37,707 nucleotides of DNA from Octopus sinensis (Eukaryota). A model generated the notes under the pieces. It did no database searches. It was not told the DNA's origin and worked only from the letters and a program-made list of their open reading frames with translations. Shown here one piece after another: positions 25,111 through 37,269 of this stretch. The DNA lies in assembly GCF_006345805.1 (NCBI RefSeq), contig NW_021835874.1:1-37707 (forward strand), written 5' to 3'. The translations under genes were made by a program, and so were the position numbers. Position 1 is the stretch's first letter. The number at the start of each line of letters is the position of its first letter.

Positions 25111-26262
25111 CTAGCATTAAAGACCCGTCATTGCCGGGTCATAGTGCTAGTGCATGTATATCTGTGTATATATATGTGTACATATTACATGTACATCTAT
25201 ATATATACATCTACACATAAAATACAAAATATAAAGTTATATCTTGATATCGCTAGTGATAACAATAACCAAAATATATAACAGACTGGAATTGTAGGCC
25301 CGTCTCTTGTAATTTCGATCAATTGTATCTTGTCCTCCCTCTTGTGTAGAAGTGTGGCTACAATCCAGCCTACCTCTACTTCGGGGGCGGGGGGGCATCT
25401 TTAATTTTTACCGGGACGTCCTACGTCCCAGATATAAAGGTAAAAATAAAATATTTCCACTTTGCAAGTTCGAGTCGAGTACTCCCTTGCACGCTCCGTT
25501 GACTCGAACCTTGCTTCTTTTGTGGCGAATTTACTGCCTCTGATTAGATACCTTTCATAGTCGTACCAAGACACTTTTCGAAGGTGCTTTCCTCCATGTG
25601 TTCAAATCTTCTTTTTTCTCTACATTGTATACTTTATAGACAAAAGTCTTTTCTTTAATTTAATTTTTTATTATCCATCTGGACTATTCCATTTCTGCAC
25701 GCTAATTTTATTTTTAACTTATTCCCATTCATGTGAAACAATTTATGATATTGCTATGGGCTCGCTCTAGGCAAGAAGTTGAACATTTTTTGGCCCATAA
25801 AACTACATGGACCCTGAATAAGGCATGTGTAAAATTTGAATGGAATTGGTTGTGTAGTTCTCAAGTTTTAGGGAATCGTAATGGAGAAGATATGATATTG
25901 CTGTGGGCTCGCCCTAGGACAAAAGTTCAAAATCTCTTTTGCCGATGACACTCCCCGGACCGTAAGTAAGGCATATGTAAAATTTGAATGAAATTGGTTG
26001 TGTAGATCTCAAGTTTTAGGGAAACAGACAGACAGACACATACGCATTCTCAGTTTTATATATATAAAGATATACATATATATATATATACATATATACG
26101 ACAGGCTTCTATCAGTTTCCGTCTACCAAATCCACTCACAAGGCATTGGTCGGCCCGGAGCTATAGTAGAAGACACCTGCCGAAGATGCCACGCAGTGGG
26201 ACTGAACCCGGAACCATGTGGTTGGTTCGCAAGCTACTTACCACACAGCCACTCCCGCACCT
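24858..26262 (-). mobile_element. SINE family A split by a Helitron (3' half 24858-25110, 5' half 26071-26262)
   Basis: The two halves join in register at the internal TA tract when compared with the intact copies at 16354 and 21163. Confidence 0.85.
25111..26070 (-). mobile_element. Non-autonomous Helitron (960 bp)
   Basis: Minus strand 5' TC (26069-26070) preceded by A, and 3' CTAG (25111-25114) followed by T. Subterminal hairpin gacccg-N7-cgggtc (25122-25140). No TSD. (GACA)n near the 5' end and two internal repeats about 147 bp apart. Confidence 0.85.
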
Positions 26263-26902
26263 TGATCAACAATGTCTGTTGATTTTTTTGTTTTTTTAGG
26301 GATTTTTTTTTTACTATTTAATAATAACTAAGACCGGAACAACACGAAATAAAAATTGTTCTAAAAATGTTTACTTTCACAAGAGTGATTTCTATATTTT
26401 TTTTCCTTCCTGTTTCCCATTTCTTCTCAACATCTGACCTTCCACCCACAACCACCACCACCAACGCTGCCGCCACCGCCACCACCACCACCACCGACGC
26501 ATTCACCATCCTGTCCTGTTTTATCTGCACCGCCATCATCATTGCTTTGATGGGGGGAGGGGGAGGGGAGGAGAGGAGAGGTACCGGATTACGTAAACGA
26601 AAACATGCACACGTGTATTATTACGTCACATCTCTCCCTCTCTCTCTCTCTCTGCCCCTTCTCTCCTCTCTCTTTCGCTTCTCTGTTCTCTTGTGTTCTA
26701 CTTGTTGCTGTTCTTATTTATTGCTGTTGTTGTTATTGTTGCTGTTGTTGTCATTGTCACTCTTCGCGTTGTTCTTCAAGATGTTAGTGTTGTTTTGATG
26801 GGGAGTTAACTGATACGATGTCTGACCTAGATCTTAGTCGTCAAACAGCTTTTGGTGCTTCTTTTGTCACATGTTTTTTGTTTATCATTATCATTATTAT
26901 TA

Positions 26903-27001
<99 letters not shown>

Positions 27002-27235
27002 TACGTTACTCTTTATTTTTTTTGTACTTGTTTTGTTCGCGATTTTACTCCTGATTTCCATTTTTATATTTATTTTTATAATTTTACATTTAAGCTCCTA
27101 GTGTGTGTTTATATTATTTTATTTATTTAAAAATTTAAAGCCATTTTTGTATTTTCCTTCAGTGATTTTTATATTTATTCTTATATACATACATGCATGC
27201 ATACATGTATATATATATATATATATACATGCATG

Positions 27236-27291
<56 letters not shown>

Positions 27292-27888
27292 ATGTATATA
27301 TATATATATACATACATATACATATATATAATATATACATATATACATATATATACACATCTATATAGTATGAATATATATATATAAGTATGTGTGTATG
27401 TGTGTGAGTGTGTGCATGTGTGTGTATATATTTACATATATTTGTATACATTCATATATACACATATTTATATACATATATATACATACATATATAAACA
27501 CATTTATATATATATATGTATATGTATATATATATATATGTATATACCATATGCATTCATATATACATGCATACGTACATAATACATACACACACTTATA
27601 CATACATACATAAATACATATATATATACATACATATATATACATATAAATATGTGTGTGTTTCTGTGTGTATTAATTTAATGTATCTATTTACTTTATA
27701 GAATATTTATTTTACCTTATTTACTCACTTGGGCATGTTATGTATTTTGATTTTATATGCTTATTCACTTCCGTATATTTATTTTAATTTTGTCTATGTA
27801 TTTTATCATTTATATGTTTTTATTATATTACTTACATATTTTTTACTTTCGCAACTATTTATTTTGAATTTTATTCATTCATTCTTTC

Positions 27889-27934
<46 letters not shown>

Positions 27935-28516
27935 TATTATTATTATTATTATCATTATGCCTTATCTTCAAAATTCTTCCCCTTCAAAACGGATCTAATC
28001 GCCATGAATTATTGGGTAGAGATGCTGGGCTCTTTTCGCATTTTTTTATTTCCTTTTTTTGCATTGAAAAAAAAACTCTAGAAAGAAACAAGTGTAACAT
28101 TTCTGAGTTGTCACCATTCTAACAAGGCTAATAATATAATATAATAATATATGACGTCAGCAGATTCCGGATTACGTCATCACACTGAAAAACAGTTTAG
28201 CTATTTGGTCACTTCCTTCCGTACACCACCACCGCTACCACCACCACCACCACCACCACCACCACCACCACCACCACCACCACCACCACACCACCACCAC
28301 CAACACCACCACCACCACCACCACCACCATAATAAACAGTAAAGCCATCAACAACACCCGTATCACCGTTTTTATTTATTTGATTGGTGAGCATTGATTT
28401 GAATCTGGATCATAAACGCATGATGGTGGTGGTAGCGGCGGCGGCGGCGGCGGTGGTGGTGGTAGTAGTAGTAATAGTAGTAGTAGTAGTAGTATTAGTA
28501 GTAGTAGTAGTAGTAT

Positions 28517-28571
<55 letters not shown>

Positions 28572-28663
28572 TATATTGACTAGAGCTGTCAAGCCTCTGA
28601 TGAAGCGCGTTCCAGCTGTGATCATCCCATCTTTTGTTTTTGTCATAAACTTAATAACCAAGA

Positions 28664-28709
28664 CTTTGTTATGCAAATTTGCGTCTCCGTGTTCAACGTG
28701 ATTGGCTGA
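28664..28709. promoter_or_regulatory. Sox-Oct composite site plus inverted CCAAT box
   Basis: CTTTGTT-ATGCAAAT at 28664-28678 and gtgattggctg at about 28699-28709, in a repeat-free island. Motif match only; no functional evidence. Confidence 0.4.
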
Positions 28710-29019
28710 GATTTAACGGCGAATGTTTTGGTTTGTAGTTGTAATGACGCTTGTAATGGTGGTGGTATTTTCTTTTCCATTGTCCTGATGGGACGGTGAC
28801 CATCCTCCGTCTTTATTTTCTTTTTTTTGTTGTCGTTGTTTTAAACTTAATTTCAGTGGCAACAGGATTTCATAATGCAGTTAGTTGTGCCTCTCTTCCT
28901 TCTGACTGGCTGGAATTTCAGGGAGATCTTTTTATTTTTTGGCGTTTTTTAATAATTCACCTCTGGAAACATGGGTGTTTCGTTCAACATCCTTAAACAA
29001 CTCTTATTCAGGGACCTTT

Positions 29020-29410
29020 TTTTTACTCTTTTACTTGTTTCAGTCATTTTGACTGCGGCAATGCTGGTGCACCGCTTTTAATCGAGCAACTCGACCCCGG
29101 GACTTATTCTTTTGTAAGCCTAGTACTTGTTCTATCGGTCTCTTTTGCCGAACTGCTAAGTGACGGGGACATAAACACACCAGCATCGGTTGTCAAGCAA
29201 TGCTCGGGGGACAAACACAGACACACAAACATACACGCTCATACATATATATACATATATACGACGGGCTTCTTTCAGTTTCCACTCACAAGGCTTTGGT
29301 CGACCCGAGGCTTTAGTAGAAGACACTTGCCCAGGTACCACGCAGTGGGACTGAACCCGGAACCATGTGGCTGGTAAACAAGCTACTTACTACACAGACA
29401 ATCCTGCGCC
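29020..29410 (-). mobile_element. SINE family A
   Basis: Near full-length match to the other A copies; abuts a 60-bp fragment of the (TAA)n-associated element at 28955-29017. Confidence 0.88.
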
Positions 29411-29611
29411 AACAAACATTTAACGAAATCTTTCCTTTCTGAATTTGGTCGGCTTTCCTGGAAATATATCATTGCTACTCGTATATAACTCCCACATCAA
29501 AAAAATATGTTCATTTGACGTTGAAGTCTCTGGTTGAGTCACGTGACTGCTACCATAAAACAATGCAACAAGAACGAAGCAGAATAACCAGTGTTTCCCC
29601 GGAAATTAATT

Positions 29612-29729
29612 TATCGAATCCGAAAGGATGAACAGCAAAGTCGAACTCGGCGGAATTTGAACTCAGAAAATAGCGACGGACGAAATGCTGCTAAGTATTT
29701 TGCCTGGCGTGCTAACGATTCTGCCAGCT
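29612..29729 (-). mobile_element. SINE family B head
   Basis: Minus strand gagctggcagaatcgttagcacgcc...gagttcaaattccgccgag. Confidence 0.8.
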
Positions 29730-29743
29730 CAATAATGCTAATA

Positions 29744-29781
<38 letters not shown>

Positions 29782-29809
29782 GATGATGATAATAATAACA
29801 ACAACAAAA

Positions 29810-30162
29810 TCACTCAGAGAGTGCAAACTTCCACCAAGGCAATACTAACGTCCTCACAACAATTAGCCAGAGATGATTTTTAAAAAAAGAATATCTGAAA
29901 CAAACTCGACTGCTCTCACAAACGAGAATACTAAAACTGAACCCAACCGCTCTCGAAAATTAAGTAAAAACAGGAAAAATAATCCAGAAGCCTTGTCCGG
30001 TAACCGATCAATCCCAAAATCTAATCAGTTCGTGCCAGTCATGTGACCAAAAGTCCCTGAAAGTTTCATACGAATCCATCCAGTGATTCTTTAGATATTT
30101 TGTCCACGGACAAGCAAACAAACACAACTGATAACAATACTTCTGCCTTCGCTAAGGCGGAG

Positions 30163-30165
<3 letters not shown>
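29810..30165 (+). mobile_element. Probable Helentron-associated (HINE/DINE-1-like) non-autonomous element
   Basis: 3' hairpin tctgcctt-cgct-aaggcgga (30142-30161), a short (CAAA) tract just upstream, and a weak complementary subterminal motif near 29827. Flanked by simple repeats with no TSD. Classification is inference. Confidence 0.45.
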
Positions 30166-30220
<55 letters not shown>

Positions 30221-30342
30221 CTTTTAAAAAAAAAATTTATTTATTAGACATTCACTAGTACAACACCAAAAAACCCCCAAATAACAACGTGAACTTCCAA
30301 CCTGTTGTCTCTTGAGGTCTCTGGGTGCAAAAGTCAAACATA

Positions 30343-30416
<74 letters not shown>

Positions 30417-30417
<1 letters not shown>

Positions 30418-30615
30418 TTCAAGTTTTTGCCACAAGGGAAGCTTAGGGGAGGTGGCGATGAGTCGATTACATTGACCCCAGTCATCAACTGGTGCTCATT
30501 TTATCGACCCAGAAAGATTTAAAAGCAAAGTCGACCTCGGCGGAATTTGAACTCAGAAAATAGCGACGGACGAAATGCCGCATTTCGCCCGGCGTGCAAA
30601 CGATTCTGCCAGCTC
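30417..30615 (-). mobile_element. SINE family B, tail i
   Basis: Head as in 29612-29729; the tail runs into (ATT)n at 30345-30416. Confidence 0.82.
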
Positions 30616-30625
30616 AATAATGCTA

Positions 30626-30661
<36 letters not shown>

Positions 30662-30702
30662 TGATGATGATGATAATAATAATAATAATAACAATAATAA
30701 TA

Positions 30703-30734
<32 letters not shown>

Positions 30735-30964
30735 GCAACAACAAAAACTAAAAGAACAACAATAAAAACAACGACGACGACGACGGCGACAGCAATAAAA
30801 TGGAAAAAAGAGTAAAATGAAGAGCAACGGCGGGGGGAAACCAAACAAAGAATAAACAAAACAAAACATAAACAGAAATAGCAATATGAGCAACAACAAT
30901 AACTAAAAATGCAATGGCAAGATAAGGAACAACAACAATAACAACAACAATAACAGCATCAACA

Positions 30965-31029
30965 TCACTGCAACTTCTTATACAAACATGGCTGGATACT
31001 TAGAATGTTACCATCTGTGAATGTTATTT

Positions 31030-31069
<40 letters not shown>

Positions 31070-31620
31070 ACATAAACACACACACACAAACACACACAGA
31101 CACAGGCACACACATACACACCCATATACACTGACACACATACGTACACACGTACATCTATTTCTGCATACACATATTTCCTCATTTTCACTATTACATT
31201 TATATATACATTCATACATACATACATACATACATACATACATACATACATACATACATACATGCATACATATATATGTGTGTGTGTGTGTGTGTTTGTA
31301 TGTACATGTGTATATATACACATATATATCTATGGGTGTATATATATATATATATTAATATATGAAAATAAATAAATAAATATACATACATATATATATA
31401 AATCTATGTATATGTGTATATATACATATATATATCTATGGGTGTTTATATATATATTAATATATATAAATAGATAAATATACATTTATATATATATAAA
31501 TGTATGTATATGTGTATATATACATATATATATGTTTATGGATGTATATATATTTATATATATATATATGTATATTAATATATATATAAATGAATAAATA
31601 TACATACATATATCAACAAA
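30965..31620. repeat. (CA)n/(TACA)n/(TA)n compound microsatellite
   Basis: Directly visible. Confidence 0.9.
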
Positions 31621-32189
31621 TATGTACACAACTGTATACACGCAGGCATTCTTCTACACACACGTGTATTATATAGTACACACGTTTAGATTCGCACATA
31701 CATATTTTACTCCAAATCCTTATACACCCGCACATGCTTTTATTCATAAACACAACCACATTCTCAAGCACACATTCCTGAACAGACAGGTGCTCGCACA
31801 GACATTACTTCGTACAAACTCATGCATACTTGCTTTCCTGCATATCCGCATACACGGTCACACACATTCTTTCTAAACATGATGATAATGATGATGATGT
31901 CGTTGATAATTCTGATGATGATGATGATGATGATGACGATGGTGGTGGTGATGGTGGTGGTTTCTTTTGCTAGCCACAGGGGCAATAGATTGGAGGGGAT
32001 ATTACAAGATCAGACAACAACTTGTATTGGGGCTGACGTAAAAGACGGGGTGGGGAGAGAAAGAAATGGGAAGAAAAGACACTGCAATGCGATAAAGGTA
32101 TACAAGGTGTACAAAGCGTGCGATAACATGACTGATGCAGTCCTCTCGAAACAGAAGTAATTCTAGGTAGGTCCAATCATAGAATCCCA

Positions 32190-33895
32190 CTGATCCTAGA
32201 TTACTCTGGCCACCAAAGTCACGAGCCCTCTCTCTTGTTTTCCATCTTCAGGCACACACTTAGTACAGGGTCATTTATATTTTTGCCTGTCATTCATCTT
32301 TACACAAATTCACTGGAAGATAGCACTTCCCTCTCTATCCTCACTTTCCTTCCAAATAGACTTTAAAACAGTCGATGAAGGCTTGACCGAAGAAGGTGTC
32401 CTTCCTCAATCTTTGCAACCAAGTCTATTTCTTTACTACCACCCACAAGGGGCTAAGCACAGAGAGGACGAACAAGGACAGACAAACGGATCAAGTCGAT
32501 TATATCGACCCCAGTGCGTCACTGGTACTTATTTAACAGATCCCGAAAGGATGAAAGGCAAAGTCGACCTCGGCGGAATTTGAACTCAGAACGTAACGGC
32601 AGATGAAATACGGCTACGCATTTCACCCGGCGTGCTAACGTTTCTGCCAGCTCTTTGCAACCAAGTCTATTACACAACCTCTTTCGCCACAGTCCCTAGA
32701 CAAAGGAACACCGATTGCTCTGCCTTGTTAAAGATAGGTGTTCGGGTGATGCTCGTGATAGATTCGGTCGACAGTTGGATTCATCCCACACGCGATACAG
32801 CTGTTCGACATAACTCCAAAAGTGTGCAATACTTGGATACAGCACGAAAGCGTGCGGAGCAGTTTCGTCGCTCTGTGAGCATCTCAAAAAAGCGCTTTCG
32901 TGTCCGTAGAGTTTAGTTCAAACTGACAGTACTTCTCGGTAGCACTGCTAAGCCAGAGATTTCTGGAAGTTAACCATGGTAGTACCGGGCCCGATTGTCA
33001 TCCGGCACAGACAAGCTATTTCATCTTCATTGACGCCTTGAGTTTCCCCAGTAGAACTTCCACCGACCGTGTTACACGACTTGAGAGAGCAGTGAACGCC
33101 TGACGGCATTGAAGACGCCGAGTTCCTAATCTTGTTCTCTTCTCGACCCATGATTCTAGTTTCTTTAAAGAAATGAGCTGCGGTATTACAGAGACAATAC
33201 TGTCTCACCGTCCAAGCGGCGTAGCTGCAGCGCATGTTGCACATTAGCAAACGTGCCATACTAAGCCTACCATCCAGACGGCGCTGGCAACAGATGGAAC
33301 GCCTGACCAGTGGAATGCGTCCTCTCCACAGGAAGCGTAAAGGTAAATACTCCAGGCTGGCCTACTGTGGACTAGGGCAAGGTACAACGGTCAGGTGGAA
33401 ATTTTTTAAAGGGGCGATGTGTGCATTCGCCGCCTCTGCTCGATCTTTCAGGGATAACTTCCTCTCAGCCCATTTCTGAGTGAGATTGGTTACCCGGCTG
33501 ATAACCTCTTCTCAGTTCATGTCTGTCTTGATATCCGGACCAAACCGAGCGATTTCACTGGTTCGTCTCTCCATCGAACCTACAATGCTGTTCGTTGGTA
33601 TAGCCTTGCTCTTCACTTGCCGACCCAGATGTATCTTAGCTCCTGCTATCGCCTTGTATTCGTTTACAATAGAATCAACCACCTGAACTTCCGCAGTATC
33701 TCACACAATGACCGTGATGTCATCCGCATATGTTGATACAGCTCTCCCACATCCCAGTTCGAAAGGGATGTTCCTCGAGAGTTCTGGATTCCGCTGCAAA
33801 GGCTCGGAACATACAAAGTAGATTAGAGGGGACAAGGGGACACCTCTGTCAGATCGAGTGCGAGATATGAAACGGTTCTGAGAGGTAGCCGCTCA
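32190..33895 (-). pseudogene. 5'-truncated, degenerate L1/Tx1-clade LINE ORF2 (RT to C-terminus), interrupted by a SINE
   Basis: Manual translation: SI*Q-GVPLSPLIY, EPL, YADDITV, KWAERKLSLKDRAEAAN, RFLWRGRIPLVRR, and zinc-knuckle remnant RCSQSDETAPHA. C-terminal RKVRIEREVLSSSEF follows the SINE. Confidence 0.88.
32430..32651 (-). mobile_element. SINE family B, tail ii, with 20-bp TSD
   Basis: TSD tctttgcaaccaagtctatt at 32410-32429 and 32652-32671. Confidence 0.92.
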
Positions 33896-33974
33896 TTTTG
33901 TGCGCGCGCGTGTTTGTACATGCTTGTGTGTGTGTGTGTTTGTATATGTCAGAAAATCTCGAGATTAAAATAAT

Positions 33975-34190
33975 AATGGTTTCAAATTTTGGCGCAATGC
34001 CAGCGATTTCGGGGGAGGGGTCAAGCCAATTACGCCGACTCCAGTATTCACGTGGTACGTATTTCATCGACCCCGAAAGGCTGAATGGCTAGTCGAGCTC
34101 GCGGCATTTGAACCCAGAACGTAAAGACAGACCAAATGGTGCCAAGCATTTTGCCCGACGTGGTGACGATTCTGCCAGCTCGGTGCCTTC
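33975..34190 (-). mobile_element. SINE family B, tail i
   Basis: Minus strand gagctggcagaatcgtc...gggttcaaatgcc...gaaatcgctggcattgcgccaaaatttgaaaccattatt. Confidence 0.8.
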
Positions 34191-35100
34191 GAGACAGAAA
34201 TAATAACGAACACAGGAGACGTGATGGAATGCTACTACATGTGGACAAACTTGTACAGCCTAGCATCGGCTCGTGTAAGAAATTCGTTTGTCAAGAATTG
34301 AATAAAGGTGGCGGGCTGGCAGAAACGTTAGCACGCTCGGCGAAATGCGTAGCGGTATTTCGTCTGTCTTTACGTTCCGAGTTCAAATTCCACCGAGGTT
34401 GACTTTGCCTTTCATCCTTTCGGGGTCGATTAAATAAGTACCAGTTACGCACTGCGTCGATATACTCGACTTAATCCGTTTGTCGGTCCTTGTTTGTCCC
34501 CTTCTCTGTGTAGCCCTTTGTGAGCAGTAAAGAAATAAGAATTGAATAAAGACTGCCAAATTATTCAATCATATGTTTTGAAAAAGCATTAACCTCGAGA
34601 CGGATGCAAAATTGCTAAGTCCCAAGACATTGAGAAAAGAAGGGAACCTCATTTGCCGAAACGACCATAAAGACTACTGAATGACCATAAAGGGTACTTC
34701 GATAGACACTGCTCCTTTTAAATGAGATATTGATTGAATTAGTAAAAACCATTAATGATATTGCTCTTCGTTGAGGGACAAAATACAACTTGAACTGTGG
34801 TCCAGCAAAACTGAGGTAATTAATTGGCTTAAAGAAACAGATAATAGGAAACCTACAAGATTAATACAGCTAGACCTTTCCAATTACTATTATTCTGCCA
34901 CTCTGATTCTTCTCAATATGTTCCAGACATTCGCTTTGAAGTATATCTTTTTATCTGGACAGGACATGAACAAAATTCAAGAAATGAGGAAAACTGTATT
35001 AGAATTTGAAAACAAATACTGGATCCGTAAAAATAGGCTGAATAACGTTGATATTTCCATGGGGTTTAGTGATTCTGCTAGAATTACACGTACATTTATA
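34190..35100 (+). pseudogene. Penelope-like element reverse transcriptase fragment (Naiad/Neptune-like), degenerate
   Basis: ORF 34771-35112 reads LWSSKTEVINWL...LIQLDLSNYYYS...RKTVL...VDISMGFSDSA, resembling PLE RT motifs FDI..FYPSI and F(D)..MG. Upstream NDHKD and DID*ISK remnants. Family assignment is by motif recognition only. Confidence 0.65.
34308..34536 (+). mobile_element. SINE family B, tail ii, with 15-bp TSD
   Basis: TSD aagaattgaataaag at 34293-34307 and 34537-34551. Confidence 0.92.
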
Positions 35101-35537
35101 TACATTACATAACAATAAAAACGCTTTCCAAGATACGGAGTGCGGCCTACATAGAGATGAAATATACTAGAGGAAACCTCGAGAGGACAGAGTAAAAGAA
35201 TAATTAAGACTATCACAGTAGATAAGAAAACCAGGGTCAGTAATTTCTTACTTTGCTTAAACTCTCTCTTCTCTCTCGCTTTCTCTCTCACTCTCTTTTA
35301 TTGTGTCCCTCTCTGTCCCTCTCTATGCCCCTCTCTCTCTCCATATATTTAAATAAATTTTTTTATCATATTTAATATGATATATATATGTACACACAAC
35401 ACACATATATATACACACGCACACACACAGAGAAACATATATCTAGATATATATGCAGATTTGTACATACGTAAGTATCTACATTTGATTTTCATATAGA
35501 GACACATATATGTGCATCGATTTATGCATATATATAT

Positions 35538-35599
<62 letters not shown>

Positions 35600-35661
35600 A
35601 ATATATCGTAGCACGGCGTCGTTTATATATATAAATATATGCATATATGCATACATATATA

Positions 35662-36020
35662 CAACGAAGGTTCCAGTCGATCCGATCAACGAAACAGCTT
35701 GCTCGTGAAATTAACGTGCAAGTGGCTGAGCACTCTGTAGACACGTGTACCATTAACGTAGTTCTCGGGGAGATTCAGTGTGACACAGAGTGTGACAAGG
35801 CTGGCCCTTTGAAATACAGGTACAACAGAAACGGGAAGAAAGAGTGAGAGAAAGTTGTGATGAAAGAATTCAAAAGGGTTTGCCACCACCCCTTGCCGGA
35901 GCCTCGTGGAGATTTAGGTGTTTTCGCTCAATAAACACTCACAACCCTCGGTCTGGGAATCGAAACCGTGATCCTATGACCGCGAATCCGTTGACCTGAC
36001 CACTGGGCTATTGCGCCTCA
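35662..36020 (-). mobile_element. SINE head D + tail X
   Basis: Head gaggcgcaatagcccagtggtcagg...ggtttcgattcccagacc, body gagcgaaaacacctaaa, and tail shared with 508-710. Confidence 0.85.
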
Positions 36021-36103
36021 CACACACACACATAATATATATATATATATTCATATACATATATAAATATATGTATATATATATACATATGCATATATAT
36101 ATA

Positions 36104-36150
<47 letters not shown>

Positions 36151-36154
36151 TATA

Positions 36155-36463
36155 TCACCGTGATCACCGTGACCGACCAGGCTATCAGATGTTGTTACAA
36201 ATCGCTGGTCACAATGCGCTTCGCATTGTTTTAGCCTTGAAATGACGCCACCCCGCTGGCTAAGCGAGCAGGCCAACAGAAGAAAGAGTGAGAGAAAGTT
36301 GTGGCGAAAGAGTACAGCAGGGATCGCCACAACCCCCTGCCGGAGCGTCGTGGAGCTTTAGGTGTTTTCGCTCAATAAACACTCACAACGCCTGGTCTGG
36401 GAATCGAAACCGCGATCCTACGACCGCGAGTCCGCTGCCTTAACCACTAGGCCATTGGGCTTC

Positions 36464-36465
<2 letters not shown>
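36155..36465 (-). mobile_element. SINE head D + tail Y
   Basis: Same head and body as 35830-36020; tail shared with 16030-16130. Confidence 0.85.
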
Positions 36466-36509
<44 letters not shown>

Positions 36510-36923
36510 CATATATACATACATACATACGTATATATAGGTATATATATGTATATGTAGGATTGACCAAAATGCCACTTCTATCTTTGTCGATACTAAA
36601 CTTCAAACACTCTAATAAGTAGCTAACCTCCTTGCGCATGCGCACTTGTCAGATGCTTGACACTTCAACTTTAGTGGAGGCACGTTGCATTTTGTGTACT
36701 TGAGATCACCCCGAAAATAGGGGATAATATTCCGTTTGGTTCTCTATATATACACACATATATACACACATAGATGTACGTACAGCCGTACATGTGTATT
36801 GTATGCGAAAAAGTTTGCTCCTTAGTCACACGATTCCAGGTTCAATCCCACTACAAGCTTCTTACCAAGCAGCCAAACCTGCGTCGCTTCTCTCTCGCTT
36901 TCTCTCTATCTCACTCTCTACCT

Positions 36924-36955
<32 letters not shown>

Positions 36956-37269
36956 GAGGTTACCGTGGTCTTTTCCGTATGCTTTTCTTTCCACGGGTAA
37001 ACTTCACCTGTCCTCCCCTTTAAACTTCATATTGACATTTCTGTGATTACGATCCCTATTGATCAACTTTTTTTTTCCTCTCCCCTTTTCTTTATCCCCC
37101 GCCTTTTTTTTTTAATCCTCCCCTTTTTTTGTCCTCTTTCTTTCCTTTTACGATCCCTTTTGATCGAAAATCAACCCCCTTTTTTTCCCCAAAAAAGAAA
37201 AGCTCTACCTTGTAATTTGTTCTGTCTGTGTGCAGCCCTGTGTGGCTAATAAAGAAACATATCTATCTC

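Noticed and set aside
25745-26015. Repeated units that could be mistaken for a CRISPR-like or satellite array
   Set aside because: Only two diverged 147-bp units inside a Helitron in eukaryotic DNA; no repeat-spacer structure.
28594-28625. ctgatgaagcgcg as a hammerhead core
   Set aside because: No stem II closure and no GAAA downstream.
32130-32155. ctgatgcagtcctctcgaaac as a hammerhead
   Set aside because: Core is CUGAUGC and the intervening bases cannot form stem II.
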